NCBI RefSeq assembly: GCF_036588685.1
Contig: NC_086376.1
Location: forward strand, 79,525,630-79,589,629
DNA length: 64,000 bases
Reading direction: 5' to 3'
Source of the DNA: Mytilus trossulus
Taxonomy: Eukaryota
Shown here piece after piece: positions 24,486 to 38,163 of this stretch (position 1 is its first letter; every line of letters begins with the position of its first letter). Below the pieces are notes generated by a model. The model made no database searches and was not told the origin of the DNA. It saw only the letters and a list, made by a program, of their open reading frames with translations. A program made the position numbers and the translations under genes.

Positions 24486-27400
24486 CCAAAATGCAAACAA
24501 GTTTAACTGAAATCTGTGTGTTCTGTAGAATAACATCATCAATACTGATAGTATATATAAATAACTCATCTGTTTCTCATGTGACTTTTTTTTAAGCTAA
24601 TCCAATCAGCTTCCTCAACAACAAAATTTACAGACCTCTTAAAACATAAAGGTATGGATACCAGCTTAACTCAGGGCCAATTCAATTAATTAACTTGAAC
24701 CAGTTTATTTTTAACCAAATGATTTATAAACTTATGTAAAAAGCAAGTTTCACTCCATGTTAATATGTCATGACACAAATGCTTTCTTTCAATCAATAAC
24801 ATCAAAAGTAAAAAAAAGGTGAGTTCAATGAACTTCCATGTTTTACTTGATTGCAGACAACAAACAAACACAGCAGTGTATTACATAGAACTATAAAGCC
24901 TGAAGCGTTTTTACATGTGTGCACCAGGAGACCTTTTGTTTAAAAGAAAGAACAGCAGCTTTAATGGCTGTCCCAAAATGTAGAAATGATAACTGAACTA
25001 ATAAAAAGACACAATTAAAATCTGCTTGTTAAGATGTGAGGAATTAACAAAAATTCAGTCTAATTCAGTAATGAGTCTCATTATCAGGGGTACAAATAAT
25101 TGTTATTTCACCAAACTTTTAGAAGGCAAGATAATTTCGTTATGAAAAGTATGCTGGTGGTATTTTCATTGCTTTTATGCATATATTCTGGTGCAGTTGC
25201 ATGATTTATTATAGCATCACTAAAGTGACAATTATTATCTGAATGCACATCTGATGCAGTAAAATTGGTTCTGTTTAATGTTTCAGAGGACATTTTTAAT
25301 GCTTATATTTGCTCCTCTATTGTAATTAATATTGACTTCTGCATATGCTCAGGTTAGAGAGAGAGGGCCCATCATTCTTATTAATTATAAGGTATCCTGA
25401 TTTAACAGAGAGAGGGTCCATCTTTCTTATTTAGCTATCCTGGTTACAGAGGATATGATGTATATGTATGCTGGTCACAAAAGTTCGAAGGCTGGCTATA
25501 TGCATGTTGGTCGTAGACAAAAGGATGTCTTTGTACACAATCAAAAAGGGAAAAAAGAAGATGTGGTATGATTTGCCAATGAGACAACTATTCAACAGAA
25601 TCTAAATAAGGTGAATTTAATCAATCATAGGGCACCTTACAGAGAAAGATATCTATGTATGCTGGTCACATAAGGAAGGATATCTATGGATGCTTATGCT
25701 GGTCATAGAGAGAAAAAAAGTCTACAAGACATGTTTAAAAATATTTCTAAGATAATCGTAATACAATATTAAAGCACTGGTTTTTGCAAGACCTAATAGC
25801 ACTGATATTACACATTTAGATTTAAAATATATCTTCACTTAGTTTCTTTTAATTAAATTAAGATGTATACATAGAATTATAAATTGCCTCTACGGTTTCT
25901 GTGATTTATAGTCAAATTAATTTTAAAATTTATCTCATTACCTTTATTTTCATTTAGCATGCATGTTTGATGAATGAATTCATATCACCTGAAATGTTAT
26001 TTTGTGGATAAATTTACTATAAAAATAACATTTTCAATTATTTTTTCTTATATTGACTTAATTATTTGATATATTGAAGCAACAGCAGCTTCCATAAATG
26101 TCAGTCTCACATCTCAGATGTTTCTAATAGAAAGCACTGATGTTCTAGAAGTAATTTTTCATCTTTTGTGAATACAAATATTAGCAGTCAATGGAATGAT
26201 TTTAGATATCCTATTGGCATCAACTTACATAAACAAATATTCACAAACATAACACATATTCCATTAAAAAAAATGGGACAGAAACCCCCAAAACACTAAA
26301 AGACACTAAAGATAAACATACATACAATAGACAAATGTGTTTACAATAAACAAACTTCAAATTGTCCATAACTGTGAGTCTCACTCCATAATTAATGAAA
26401 CTCACAAAAAAAAAAATCATTGAAAATGTGGTGTCTTATGATTTTTTTCTAAGAATATGAAGCATACTAATTGTTTAATAAATAATCTTAAATCAAAAGT
26501 TACTATTAATTAAACAAGGATTGAAGAACTGTTCCCAGCAAGCAAATTTAATTTATAGTTTGCTCTCAAGATTGATTTTTTTGGTATTTAAAAACATAAC
26601 ATTGACAATAAAATGAGAATGAAATTAGAACAAATGTAATCATAAGTAACGTTACAGACATGATATATGTTCTGAAATTAGGAGCCCAATGTTGCTTGTA
26701 TAGATGCTCAAAAATGAGGGACTAAAGATACCAGAGGGACAGTCAAACTCACAAATTGAAAACAAACTGACAACGCCAGTGCTCAAGTGTCCTACAATAA
26801 TGTTAAAACAACAAATACATTTGATTAAGACTTTTCATATTTATCAATTTAATGCTAGTGATCGAGTAGTGATGATTGTTTTTTTTTGTTTTTTGTTTTC
26901 CATGTCATGACAACAACCTCTAAGTATAATCCTTAACTGGAACCAAAGCTCATTGGTTCCCTGATACATTATCGAATATATCCATTAGTGTAGAGTGATC
27001 CTGATTACCTGAGGAATTAAATACTTTTAACCTTTGATTTTTTAGTTTTTACAACTCATTTCCATAGCATTGCACCAAATTTACAATTCAGATTTCTTGT
27101 GAGTAGGAAACTATTTGAAAAACAATCTGAAGAACAAAGCCAAGAACTGAGTGATCTTTTCATGTTCAGATTGATGTCAATTTCCTGTAATGAATTTGAT
27201 TCTACTGGACAAAAACAAACACAGGTTTTAAATTCTTATGGGCTGAAACATGGCCCAGATCAATAACAATACAATATTTGAGTATAGAAAATAAAATAGT
27301 GATTTAATTCCTTCAAAGTTAAATAAAAACTACTTATATAAATATATATAAATTCATGTTTACTTTACATATACACAAGTTCGTTTAAAGTTTGAGGGTC

Positions 27401-28029
27401 AAAAACAAATGTCATGTAGATCATATACATAAAAAGTATTCAGCAACAAATATGATGAGCCATTAAATAAGCCATTAATTTGCAGGGGTGGGTCCATCCA
27501 TATGTCCCAATTTAAATGCATTGATCTTCCCAAAAAAGGAGGAATCCAATCCAAGGAACACCCTTCCCTGGGTCAGCCACTGATTTGGTCTCTAAAATTG
27601 TAAAAACAGTAAAAAAAAAATTTAATTATATGAATAACTTTAATAAAACAATATGGCTCTATTTGCTAATGAAAAGGGGGGATTTTGAGATGTGAATATG
27701 TCTAACATTTATAAACACTTGTCTGATATATAAGATTAAATTACTAACAAAAGATATGGTATGCTGGTGTTCAAATATCAGAAATCAAATTTTACTATAC
27801 AAATCAAGCAAGGAAATAAAATAACATGTGGGAATCTGATAATTTTAAATGGTAACTGACAATTTTCTTTTCTGTAAATTCAAAAAAAATAAAGCATGAC
27901 AAACTAGATTAATATAATATTTAACTAAAAAAAGATAAAAAGATCAAGGCGGCAGTAGGCAGGTTTGGGGATGACAGAGAGATATCATTTTGAGTGAAAG
28001 AAGAGAGAAAGCATGAGTCTGCAGCGTTA

Positions 28030-28146
28030 CTGCAGTGTGGCTTTTACTCTTTGTTGAAGGCCATCATGGTGACCAATATAGTTGTTAATTTCTATGTCAT
28101 TTGGTCTGTTTTTGAGAGTTGTCTCATGACAACATCTTATATTCTA
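28030..28146 (+). mobile_element. Family B 3' fragment
   Basis: GTTGAAGGCC...GGTGACC...GAGAGTTGTCTCAT...ACATCTT. Confidence 0.6.
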
Positions 28147-31142
28147 TTGATTATGCAGGAATGACAAGTTTGAGATGTTACTTCCTGGTCCCCCTATTAA
28201 TCCATTAATATATCTTGTCACATAAGCTCATTGTTATCTTTTTTCTTGAACGCTTCAATAAACAATATTTCTGTAACACCATCTGTTTCTACAGATCTAT
28301 ATTTATCTTCTTTTTTTTTTTTTAAATCAGATAATTTTTGTGATCAAAAGAGATATAAATTTATAAATCATATTTATGATTAGACATGAATTTTAATAAC
28401 AGTATTTTAAACCCCTATTACGCATGGAAAATTTTTATCAATCCAAATAAAAATGCATTAAATCAACACATTACCAAAAGCTGGTTATAAATTCAAAATC
28501 GATAAGCTTTATTTAATTTTAAATCATTTCAAACCATTTATTCTTTATGACAGACAACATGACACCTATTTTAACTTTATTGTGCATTGAAATATTTGCC
28601 ATAAAAAAGATAGTGAACTGATATTTCAAAACAATTATTATTCTTTCTCAATATACTATTAACTTGTACATGATGTCTTTATTTTATTGAAAAATTGAAT
28701 AAGGCAGATTTTTATCTACTCCCTGAATTTATATTCTCTATTTGGAAGATTTCAATTAAGATCAAGGACTGAATTGAATTTATTTTAGAAAAACTAAAAT
28801 ATCATTCAACAAAAAGTTTCTGATTATTTTATATATCCTTAAAAGCTATTCGTGGTGCGTGCACATTGTATTTGATTATGTTTTTTTTTTATTATATACT
28901 CCAAATTTTTAAGTTCTCTTTTTTTCCTAAAAGCTTCCAGCTGAATGCAAATTTTGAATGGGGCATTATAATGCTTTCTTTTATTAATTCTAAAACCAAA
29001 CTGTAAATAGCATTCCAAAAGATTACCAAATTTTACTTTGGATCAGGAACAATTCTGCAGTTCTGTAACTTCAATTTTTTACTTTAAAAAATTGCTAATA
29101 TACATAGTTTGTATTTGAATATCAAACAATATCTACCGGATTTTATAAAAATCTAAAAGATCGTTTAAGTCTACATGTCCTCTAAAGTCTCAAGCTAGAA
29201 AATAGTATTTAAAATCATATCATGCCAAACTTTGAGTCTGGACTGATTTTGATAAAAAGAAAAATTTAATCAATATAATTTTTATGTCCTACAATATGAC
29301 TTGCAAATTTTTTTAAATATAAATTAATCTTTAAGGATTTGTAATAAGTATCTACATACTCCACGTAACCCTTACATATCTGGTTGGAGTTCAAATCATT
29401 TTCATACCTTGGTCTTTTATTGAGGAGTTCAGAGTTAACATGTATTTTTTCTTTTATTCAATCAATTTCATACCTTGGTCCCTTTATTGAGGAATTCAAA
29501 GTTAGCATGTATTTTTTCTTTAATTTTGGGTATTAAAGAGGCTGTTTAATCAAAGGGAATATAATAATTTGAAGTCAAGATAATATAACAGCATTGAAAT
29601 TATATATTTTGATTCTTCATCGTTCATTTCAGATTTTAGCATTCTATTTTCTTCAGTTAACACTTAGCAAGCTTCTGATATTTCACCAAATATATCTGTC
29701 TATGTTTTAATTCTAATCGCTCTGTTGAAATCAGGTTATTATCAGACATTCTAAAACTTGGTCAGCTTAGCTCTATTTACAAACAAATTTTGATGTCCCA
29801 CTGAAATAATAGATATTTCAATACACCTCATATCTCTGTATGCTTAATTAACTTGTTAAATGTTGCACAAGTTTGTGAATAACAAATCGGTGAGTTATCT
29901 GCCCTTTAAAGATGATCTGTTCTGTATTTGTATGCAAGGCTTTTCTACGTGTTATTAATTTATTTCCACTGTCAAGGTGAGACTAGGATGACATCTTAAA
30001 TATCTATTTTGATTATCTATTGTTAGGTTACTGTCACATTGATATATACTCTTACAACTCTGGTAAATAAATCTGAATACTCAAATTGTATTACTGATTC
30101 GAATATAGAAAATAATAAAGCCTCAGTCCTCTCTAAACATTGGTGATTGTGACTAGCTTTGTAATCTGAAGTAAATTGTTTAACAAACAGGTGTATAAAG
30201 CTTACTCTTAACAAAGTAAACAATTTCTAATTCAATATAACTACTTCAACTATTGACATGAGATAAGTCAGAGTGTTTAAAGGAACCAGTGGTCAGTTAT
30301 TCTAATTATTATTCATCAAAGTTAAATACATGAAACATGACCATACATCATGCTTGAATAGGAAAATTTCTTTTTGTTCAAAAGGCTCTTACAGGTGACC
30401 AAATTTTGAATCCAATATTTCATGTTTTTTCTTTTTGTTTGCATATATATTTCAGTATCAATGTTTAAAAAAAAACTATGGAATGACTGGAAAGAAACAG
30501 ATTTATTTTCATTTTGTTTCTCATAAAAAGTCTTCTATTCTAGTGCTATAAAAACATAAATACAAATGTATGTTCTGGAGAACTTAAGTTGTAGTTTTTC
30601 ATTCCTTGAAATGTGCCTAATATCAATAGATCTTGGCAAATAAAATAAAAATAGGTTGGTATTACTTAGCTCTGGGTGCTTATAAAACAGATTATACAAG
30701 CTAATGAACAATACAATTTACCATTAGGGTCTCCTTTAAAGTACTGTTTCAGGATATATTTCAATGAAATCGGTAATCTGCGATATTTAAATAGTCTATT
30801 AAGAAAGGATGACATATTTATTTCATCTGAAATATAACAAAATCTGAAGAAAAAGTATTTCATTGTTTTTCAGTTGTTATAAAGGGAGTCTTTCCTTTTT
30901 GAGTTTTCCTTGGAGTTTGGTATATTTGTTACTTTACTTTTTGATGAACTCATAGCTTAACGCAACTTAAAAACTTTTTTGAAACAGCAAATATCTTTAA
31001 TAAAGTAGTATGTAGGCCAGAAAGAAATCAGGGACCCCTGTCCTCCTGATCCATCTGAGTTCCCAAAAAAATGTTGACAGATTATAATAAACAGGATATC
31101 TTAAAAGGCTTTAGCCAGATTGCCTGTTTTCAATCACTTATA

Positions 31143-31335
31143 ATAGATATAGGAAGATGTGGTGTGAGTGTCAATGAGACAACTCTCCATTCAAATAACA
31201 ATTTAAAAAAAAGTAAACCATCATAGGTCAATGTATGGCCTTCAACACGGAGCCTTGGCTCACACCGAACAACAAGCTATAAAGGACCCCAAAGTTACTA
31301 GTGTAAAACCATTCTAACAGGAAAACCAACGGTCT
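31143..31335 (-). mobile_element. Family B 3' fragment
   Basis: Close reverse complement of 22415-22608. Confidence 0.85.
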
Positions 31336-31689
31336 GCATATTTCATTTATAAAAATAAGCTGCACCACTCTTCCCAAACTTAAGTTTGTTACAAAATGAT
31401 GTATTATGTCAGATACACATCCTAACAAAAATATGATGGTCCATGCATCTCTAAGGCAAATGTTGTAATAAGCAAAAACAGCAAGTCAAAATTTCATCAT
31501 AACTATGGACAATTTTGAGGTCACAATGACTTCATTTTTACATCATAAGCTTTTTTCATGCCTCAGTCTCAGCTAAAAACATTTTACATTTTTCAGATAG
31601 TTTTACATATTTTGTCATCAAATTTTAACTAATATTATATACTTATCAAATGCTTACTGATAATACTTCATTTGAACTTAATTTGAACC

Positions 31690-33180
31690 TTTGTGGTAAT
31701 CATGTTGCTTATAATACCACTTTAATCAAACACAGGGTCAGTTTACTACAATTGCTTTGATTTCCCCCTGTGATCAAAACAGATGGCCAAAACACTCTCA
31801 CAATGTAAAACCACTTTGTCATAACTCAGTGATCAAACACATAGTCTAACCACATCAACTTTGTTAAAATACTGTGATTAAACACATGGTCTAAACAAAA
31901 TCATGACTCCTGTTGTTAAACCATTGCCATCAAACACATGATTTAACCACACTCTTTTGGCCACACCACCACAGTGATCAAACACATGGTCTAACAACTC
32001 TCAATGTGTTACATCTGTGTGACTAAACACATGGTTTAACTACATTGCTACACCACTGTTTCCAAACACCATGGTCTTAAAACCTGTTGGACACCCCATT
32101 TTACATCACTGTGATCAGACACATGGTTAAACGACAATCACTTTGTTAAACCACAGTGAAAAAATACATGGTTTAACCACGCTATCTTTATTACAACACT
32201 GTGAACAAACACATGGTTTTTCAGCATTGTGTACAAAGACATGGTTTAACCACAATCACTGTGTTACACCACTGTGATTATACACATTGGTTTAACCACA
32301 TTGTTACACCATTGTTTTCAAACACATGGTCTAACCACACTCAATTTGTTACATCACTGTGATCACACACATGGTTTAACCGCACTATCTTTATTACACC
32401 ACTCTGATTAAACACATGGTCTAACCACACTCAATTTGTTACATCACTGTGATCACACACATGGTTTAACCACACTATCTTTATTACACCACTCTGATTA
32501 AACACATGGTCAGTAACCGCACTTACTGACTGTAACACCACTATGATTAAACACATGGTGATGCAAAAAGTATTTGATTGAAGTGTGTAACAATTAGGAA
32601 GTGTAGTTTGACCATAGTGGTCTAACCACAATCACTACGTTACACCACATGGTCGTACAAAAATGTACCACACTCAATGTGTTACATCACTGTGATTAAA
32701 CACATGGTCATACCACACTCAATGTGTTACATCACTGTGATTAAACACATGGTCATACCACACTCAATGTGTTACATCACTGTGATTAAACACATGGTCA
32801 TACCACACTCAATGTGTTACATCACTGTGATTAAACACATGGTCATACCACACTCAATGTGTTACATCACTGTGATTAAACACATGGTCATACCACACTC
32901 AATGTGTTACATCACTGTGATTAAACACATGGTCATACCACACTCAATGTGTTACATCACTGTGATTAAACACATGGTCATACCACACTCAATGTGTTAC
33001 ATCACTGTGATTAAACACATGGTCATACCACACTCAATGTGTTACATCACTGTGATTAAACACATGGTCATACCACACTCAATTTGTTACATCACTGTGA
33101 TTAAACACATGGTCATACCACACTCAATTTGTTACATCACTGTGATTAGACACATGGTCAAACCACACTTTTTTTGTTAC
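31690..33180 (+). repeat. 45-bp minisatellite; about 11 near-perfect units at 32668-33165, degenerate units upstream
   Basis: Unit CACACTCAATGTGTTACATCACTGTGATTAAACACATGGTCATAC. Confidence 0.95.
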
Positions 33181-34037
33181 ACCCTGCAAACATATAGTTT
33201 TTGGCATTTTCTTAGTCTAAGAAGCACATTATTAAGTATAAAGTGGGTCAACTAGAACAAGTTTCATAATAGTTCTGTTATTGCTCATTACACAATTACA
33301 TTTCAAATATAAATTTACATAATATCCACAGGGACAACTGAAAAAACATATATATCCCTATGGTATTAAGTTATTTCCACTCATCCTGACATTTATATAA
33401 TCATATTGATTTTTATATACTATTGACTAAGATAAGAAGATAATGACCAATTAATCTCGGATGGCTGCCATGTAGGTGCTATATAAGTCTATTTATCTTT
33501 CATTTCTTTCAGTTCGATGTTTTTACACTACATTTTATTCATCATATTTCATTGACATGACGTGAATGTAAATATATATATGTAAACACCTTCTTTTTTT
33601 TGTAACTCCTAAAGGATTGAGCCTGCACATTTTAAAACCATAATAATACTAAAGAATATTCATTGATTGTCCTGATATAAGTTTCAGATTCTTTAAACAG
33701 AGTTCCATTTAGACAGGTTTTTGGTTTTCACAGAGTTCTATTTAGACAGGTTATAAAATTAAGTTCTGCTTTAATAAGGGTTCAGCTTAAACAGGTTTCA
33801 GTAAAATTTTGAATAACATAAATAAGGATATAGTTTGACATAATCCAATCAAGTCCATTAATAACATGAATTTAAGCAGCTATAGGTCAAAACAAGTCCT
33901 GAACAATAAGAAAACCCATACCATATACATGTAGTCAGCTATAAAAGCCCATCACATGACAATGTAAAACATTTTTCTATGAAAGTCCCTCCAATGAGGT
34001 TTTTCAAATACTACATTATAAAAGACATGCAGCTTAC

Positions 34038-34147
34038 CTCTCCATTGGTTGACATAGGCTCCTCGTCCATCCGGGAGTCTATATCTTGGTACTGAAAGGG
34101 CCATCTGTCCCTCAGTGAATTTGTTGAGTCCATCATAGAAAAATCAT
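34038..34147 (-). CDS. Coding exon (D)DFSMMDSTNSLRDRWPFQYQDIDSRMDEEPMSTNGE, phase 1 to phase 0
   Basis: Acceptor GTATTTTTTCAG|, donor GAG|GTAAGC, GC-richer than flanks, only one frame fully open. Confidence 0.7.
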
Positions 34148-35692
34148 CTGAAAAAATACCAGTAAAAATCTTTTTACTTGTGTTTAATCATTTGAAAGTC
34201 AACCTAAAACTTTATAAAAAGAAATTTCTGAAAACAAAAAAATATCCTGCAAATTCAGAAATTATTGGGTGCATTTATTATTGTAATTTATGCATTATTT
34301 CTCCATTGGAGATAAATAAATTATTTAACTACCCATGCACTTCAACCTGTACAAATCTTCTGGCATAACAAAACTAACATAAATGTACGTTAGTTTCCAC
34401 ATTGTGTTTTCAGGAATAGTTTTAGTGGTGAAACTAATATTAAAAAAAAACCCAACACATGCAGCACAAGCTTTTAAAAGAGACTCATGACCGAGTTATA
34501 AAAGTAATCTCTGTCTGTCATATTCAGACATGTGCATTTTAATAAAGGAGAGCAACATAGCAGTCAGAACCTAGTGCTATATACAATAGACCAGCAGAGA
34601 ACCTGGTATTAGGCTGTCCATGGTAATATTTGTCATATATTTAAGATTTAAGATCATGATGAAATTCAATTACATTTCAATTTCTAATTTAAATAATATA
34701 AAGTGATTCTATGGATAAGAGGTCTGGGTGTTTTTAGGTCTGTTCGGTGGTTTTTTTTCAATAACCTTTTTTTATTCTTGTTGCCAACATTCAACAAATA
34801 TAAAATTCCATTGAATGGGAGATAACCTCAACAGAACATTGAGTAAATTCAATAGATGTTTCAAATATGCTTGTATCTTAGGCTTGTATTAGTACAAGCT
34901 TTCATCACAAGGTTGATGTTGGTTTTTTACTAATACTGCTAGTCAGTTCACTTTACCCCACCCCACCACCATTGTTTTAAAAATAGTGGAGTTTATGGTA
35001 CTAAATTTTGATTTTTTGAGTAGTGTTTTATTGCAGGGTGTTGGTCTTTATACATTTGGCAATGGTCATGATCTTCCACTCATGATTTTTTTAATGGCCT
35101 TTGGTATCTTTAAAAATTTTTATCTGTTTTTAAGACAACTTATTCATTTTGTAGTTTTCAGTTTCTTAAGTAGCTATTTTAAATACTGTGTCTTGATTTC
35201 ATATCTCATGTAATTATCCACTACATATTGTATCCTAATTTAATCTTCTTCAATTTCAAATAACAATAATTTTTAAATTCCTCTGAAGATGTCAGTATAA
35301 TGGGAATTTCTTAGTTATAGTGCTCTGTAAAATTATTAAAGAGGTAAAAAAGTTAATTAGGAAGGACATTTAGTATTAGTCTACCATTTTCATAGAGGGC
35401 TAATCATTCCGAGATCCACTAAAGTCAGGCCGCAATGACATTTTTTTAACACAAAGAGCTTAACTTTCCTAGATCAATAAACTTAAGGGTGCATGACTAC
35501 TTTTACAGAAAGAGTTTTTTCTCAGATAAAAATAATTCTGATTGCATTAAAAAATCTCCCATTTCATATAGGAATTAAAAAAAATCTTTCTTATTTTAAT
35601 ATTGTGGCTTGGATCTGAAAGTGTTCTTTGCAGAACTTTTGATGCTTTAATACCAATTACAAGACAATAAGAATTTATTCAGATTTTGACAA

Positions 35693-35863
35693 AATACACC
35701 TTATTGCTATTTGTCTGCCATTACTGGATTATCACACAGGTTAATTCCCCTAATATTTTGACGTCATAAATCAAAATATCTGACGCCACAATGGAAAAGT
35801 GATTGTTGTATGCGTCAAAACTTCAAGCAGCCTGGTCAGACGGGATTAGTGATAAGGTGTATT
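35693..35863. mobile_element. MITE with about 17-bp TIRs
   Basis: AATACACCTTATTGCTA ... TAGTGATAAGGTGTATT. Confidence 0.75.
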
Positions 35864-36138
35864 ATAACAGACCTTCAAGAATGAATATTTAAGGTTTATA
35901 GGACCAGCTGAAGTGTAACAAATATTCAAATAAAAGGGTGTGTTTGATTAGATTGTTTTTTTCAGCATAATATGAAACACTACTACATCTGATATTGGTT
36001 CAACAGAAAACCAGTGAGACCATGTTGGAACAAGAACATTTTATACATTGTCCCCAGTTTTCAGTCCATCAGATTCATGTTGCCTTCCAATTAAAGTTCT
36101 CCACATTTCTTTCACTTCCTTCTGCGGGCTTAACTCAC

Positions 36139-36154
36139 CATCCATCTCTCCCAT
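36139..36154 (-). CDS. Start-codon portion (MGEMD+G) of exon 36139-36307
   Basis: Acceptor TGTTTTTTACAG| (36307), donor ATG|GTGAGT (36139), AGTATGG start preceded by an in-frame TAA; phase 1 matches the 34147 exon. Confidence 0.55.
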
Positions 36155-36863
36155 ACTTTAATTCTGCTGGCAATAACTCATTTGCTCTATTACCTTTCTC
36201 TACATTTTTTCCTCTCAATATCCTATCCAAATGCCATCAACTCTCATGGTTTAAATATTCGAAAAAACATTTTTGAAGAAATTCTACACAAACCATTAAT
36301 TAAACATCTGTAAAAAACATTCTTTCAATTTACATTCAAACATATCAGTTTTACCCCTCAGCAAGGTGCTCATATTTTTGTAATTATAAAAGCATAATGT
36401 CAAAACTATCCTCTAGGGAGATAGATTTCCTAATTATAAAAAAGCACCACCTATGAACCAGCAATATACATAATTCATTATATAATACCACACCAGATTC
36501 ACTAGGCATGTTTTATGAATTAAGATTCCATTCATACAAATAGCTTATGTCATCTGAGAGATACAAACATAACAAGCACACCTTCTTCTAAAGCACAAGT
36601 GCACTATTTCTAAAATGTCTTTATCATTGTTTGTGTAAAAAACTAAAGGTACCAAAAATCAAAACATATTTACATTTCTCACAGTGATACAACAAAAACA
36701 GGAAAACATAAAACATTAACAGCACTGAATAAAAAAATAAAACTTGTTGTGACATTATCATTTCCTGAATGGTGTTGAATTCAACACCGCTTCAATTTGC
36801 ACCTGATGAATAACACAATCAATTAATTATAAATGAAACTCAATATGAAATATAAAAAGAATA

Positions 36864-37115
36864 AGGCCATAATAAATAATAGGTTTGTTTGCTCAAACGC
36901 TACCTACCCAGAAAAAAGCTGCCTACTCAAATTCTTTTATTGTCCTGATTTGAAGAAGTTTTTTTAATCAAATAGGCATGAAGACTTAAACATCTGATAC
37001 TTCAATTTCTTTTTTTGAAAAAAAAAGAAGAAAATGCCTACCTATATATACCTCATACCCACTGTCTCCACCTTAGTAGGGTTTGGGCAAACCAAAATAT
37101 TTTTAAGTGTGGCCT
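36864..37115. mobile_element. MITE with AGGCC termini (possibly PIF/Harbinger type)
   Basis: AGGCCA...TGGCCT ends plus subterminal inverted GTTTGCTCAAACGCTAC / GTAGGGTTTGGGCAAAC. Confidence 0.65.
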
Positions 37116-37793
37116 CATACAGAAAATTGAAATAAACACCTCATGGACATAAGGACAAGAAAAGACTTGTACTGTTATTATCAAGGTGCTAAACTTGAAA
37201 TGAAAATGGTTTCAAAAGGACTTCTGATGGGACACAAAAAGGAATGGTATCTTGACTACAAAAACACATATGTTTGGCAAGTTGGGAATGGATAGAAAAT
37301 TTAGAATTTTGTAGTACTTTTTCTCTTTTGCTAATCTGAAGTGGGATCTATTGAATGTGTTTGAAGCTTCATCATGCCCTCTCAACACCGGGTAACTTCA
37401 TATATATATATATTATTAATTCATATATTTTAACAAATTTGATTCGTTTAGGGATAGTCACATGTTAAACTATATTTTCGAAGGTAGAGAGAAAACGGCG
37501 GAAAGCAAAAAGCATATCGCACATTTATTTTTAGAATATCTAAAAAACGATATATTTTGTGACGTCATGTAATAAATTTCAGGAAATTGTTTAACGTTTT
37601 GAAACACATGATATCTGTGATTGATTATTTGACGAAAAAAATCTTCAAATACAGTTAGATGTAAAAAAAAAAAAGTAAATGAAATAACAACTAATATGTT
37701 GTTATTGTCAAGGAGACAATGTAATATCTATAAAATTCAAACAAACCTAAATGACGATTTTGATACAAATATGGTCGGAAATGAATAATATAA

Positions 37794-37932
37794 CAAATAT
37801 AGCCTTTGCATGAGGTCAATACAGAATATATCGACCCAAAGAAGTATATCGACCTCGGACTTCGTCCTCAGTCAATATACTTCTTTCAGGTCAATATATC
37901 CTTGTATCGACCTCATATAAAGGCTATATTTG
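37794..37932. repeat. Fold-back (long hairpin) element of about 140 bp
   Basis: Arms CAAATATAGCCTTT...GGAC, loop TTC, GTCC...AAAGGCTATATTTG; partial copies at about 57455-57545 and 58343-58392. Confidence 0.85.
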
Positions 37933-38004
37933 CATAATATATATGTAGACTGAAGTATATCAAAAGAAATTCATGAAGGTATAGATTTCTTCACTTAGTA
38001 TAAA

Positions 38005-38163
38005 AAAAGGTATGGTACCAATGAGACAACTCTCTACAAGATACCAAAAGACACAGAAATAATAAACAACTATAGGTCACTATACAGCATTCAACAATTT
38101 ACACAAAGCCCAAACCACTAAGTCAGCTATTAAAGGCCAGTGAAATCACAAATGTAAAACAAC
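38005..38163 (-). mobile_element. Family B 3' fragment
   Basis: CCAATGAGACAACTCTC...CTATAGGTCAC...TTCAACAAT...GCTATTAAAGGCC...TGTAAAACAA. Confidence 0.65.

Noticed and set aside
32677-33255. 192-aa ORF of 15-aa repeats
   Set aside because: A 45-bp unit without a stop in one frame; no synonymous variation, and the degenerate upstream units break the frame
34038-36296. Alternative frame interrupted only by TGA codons (selenoprotein idea)
   Set aside because: Two of the three TGAs are a by-product of GAT-GAT codons in the main frame; no SECIS or redox motif seen
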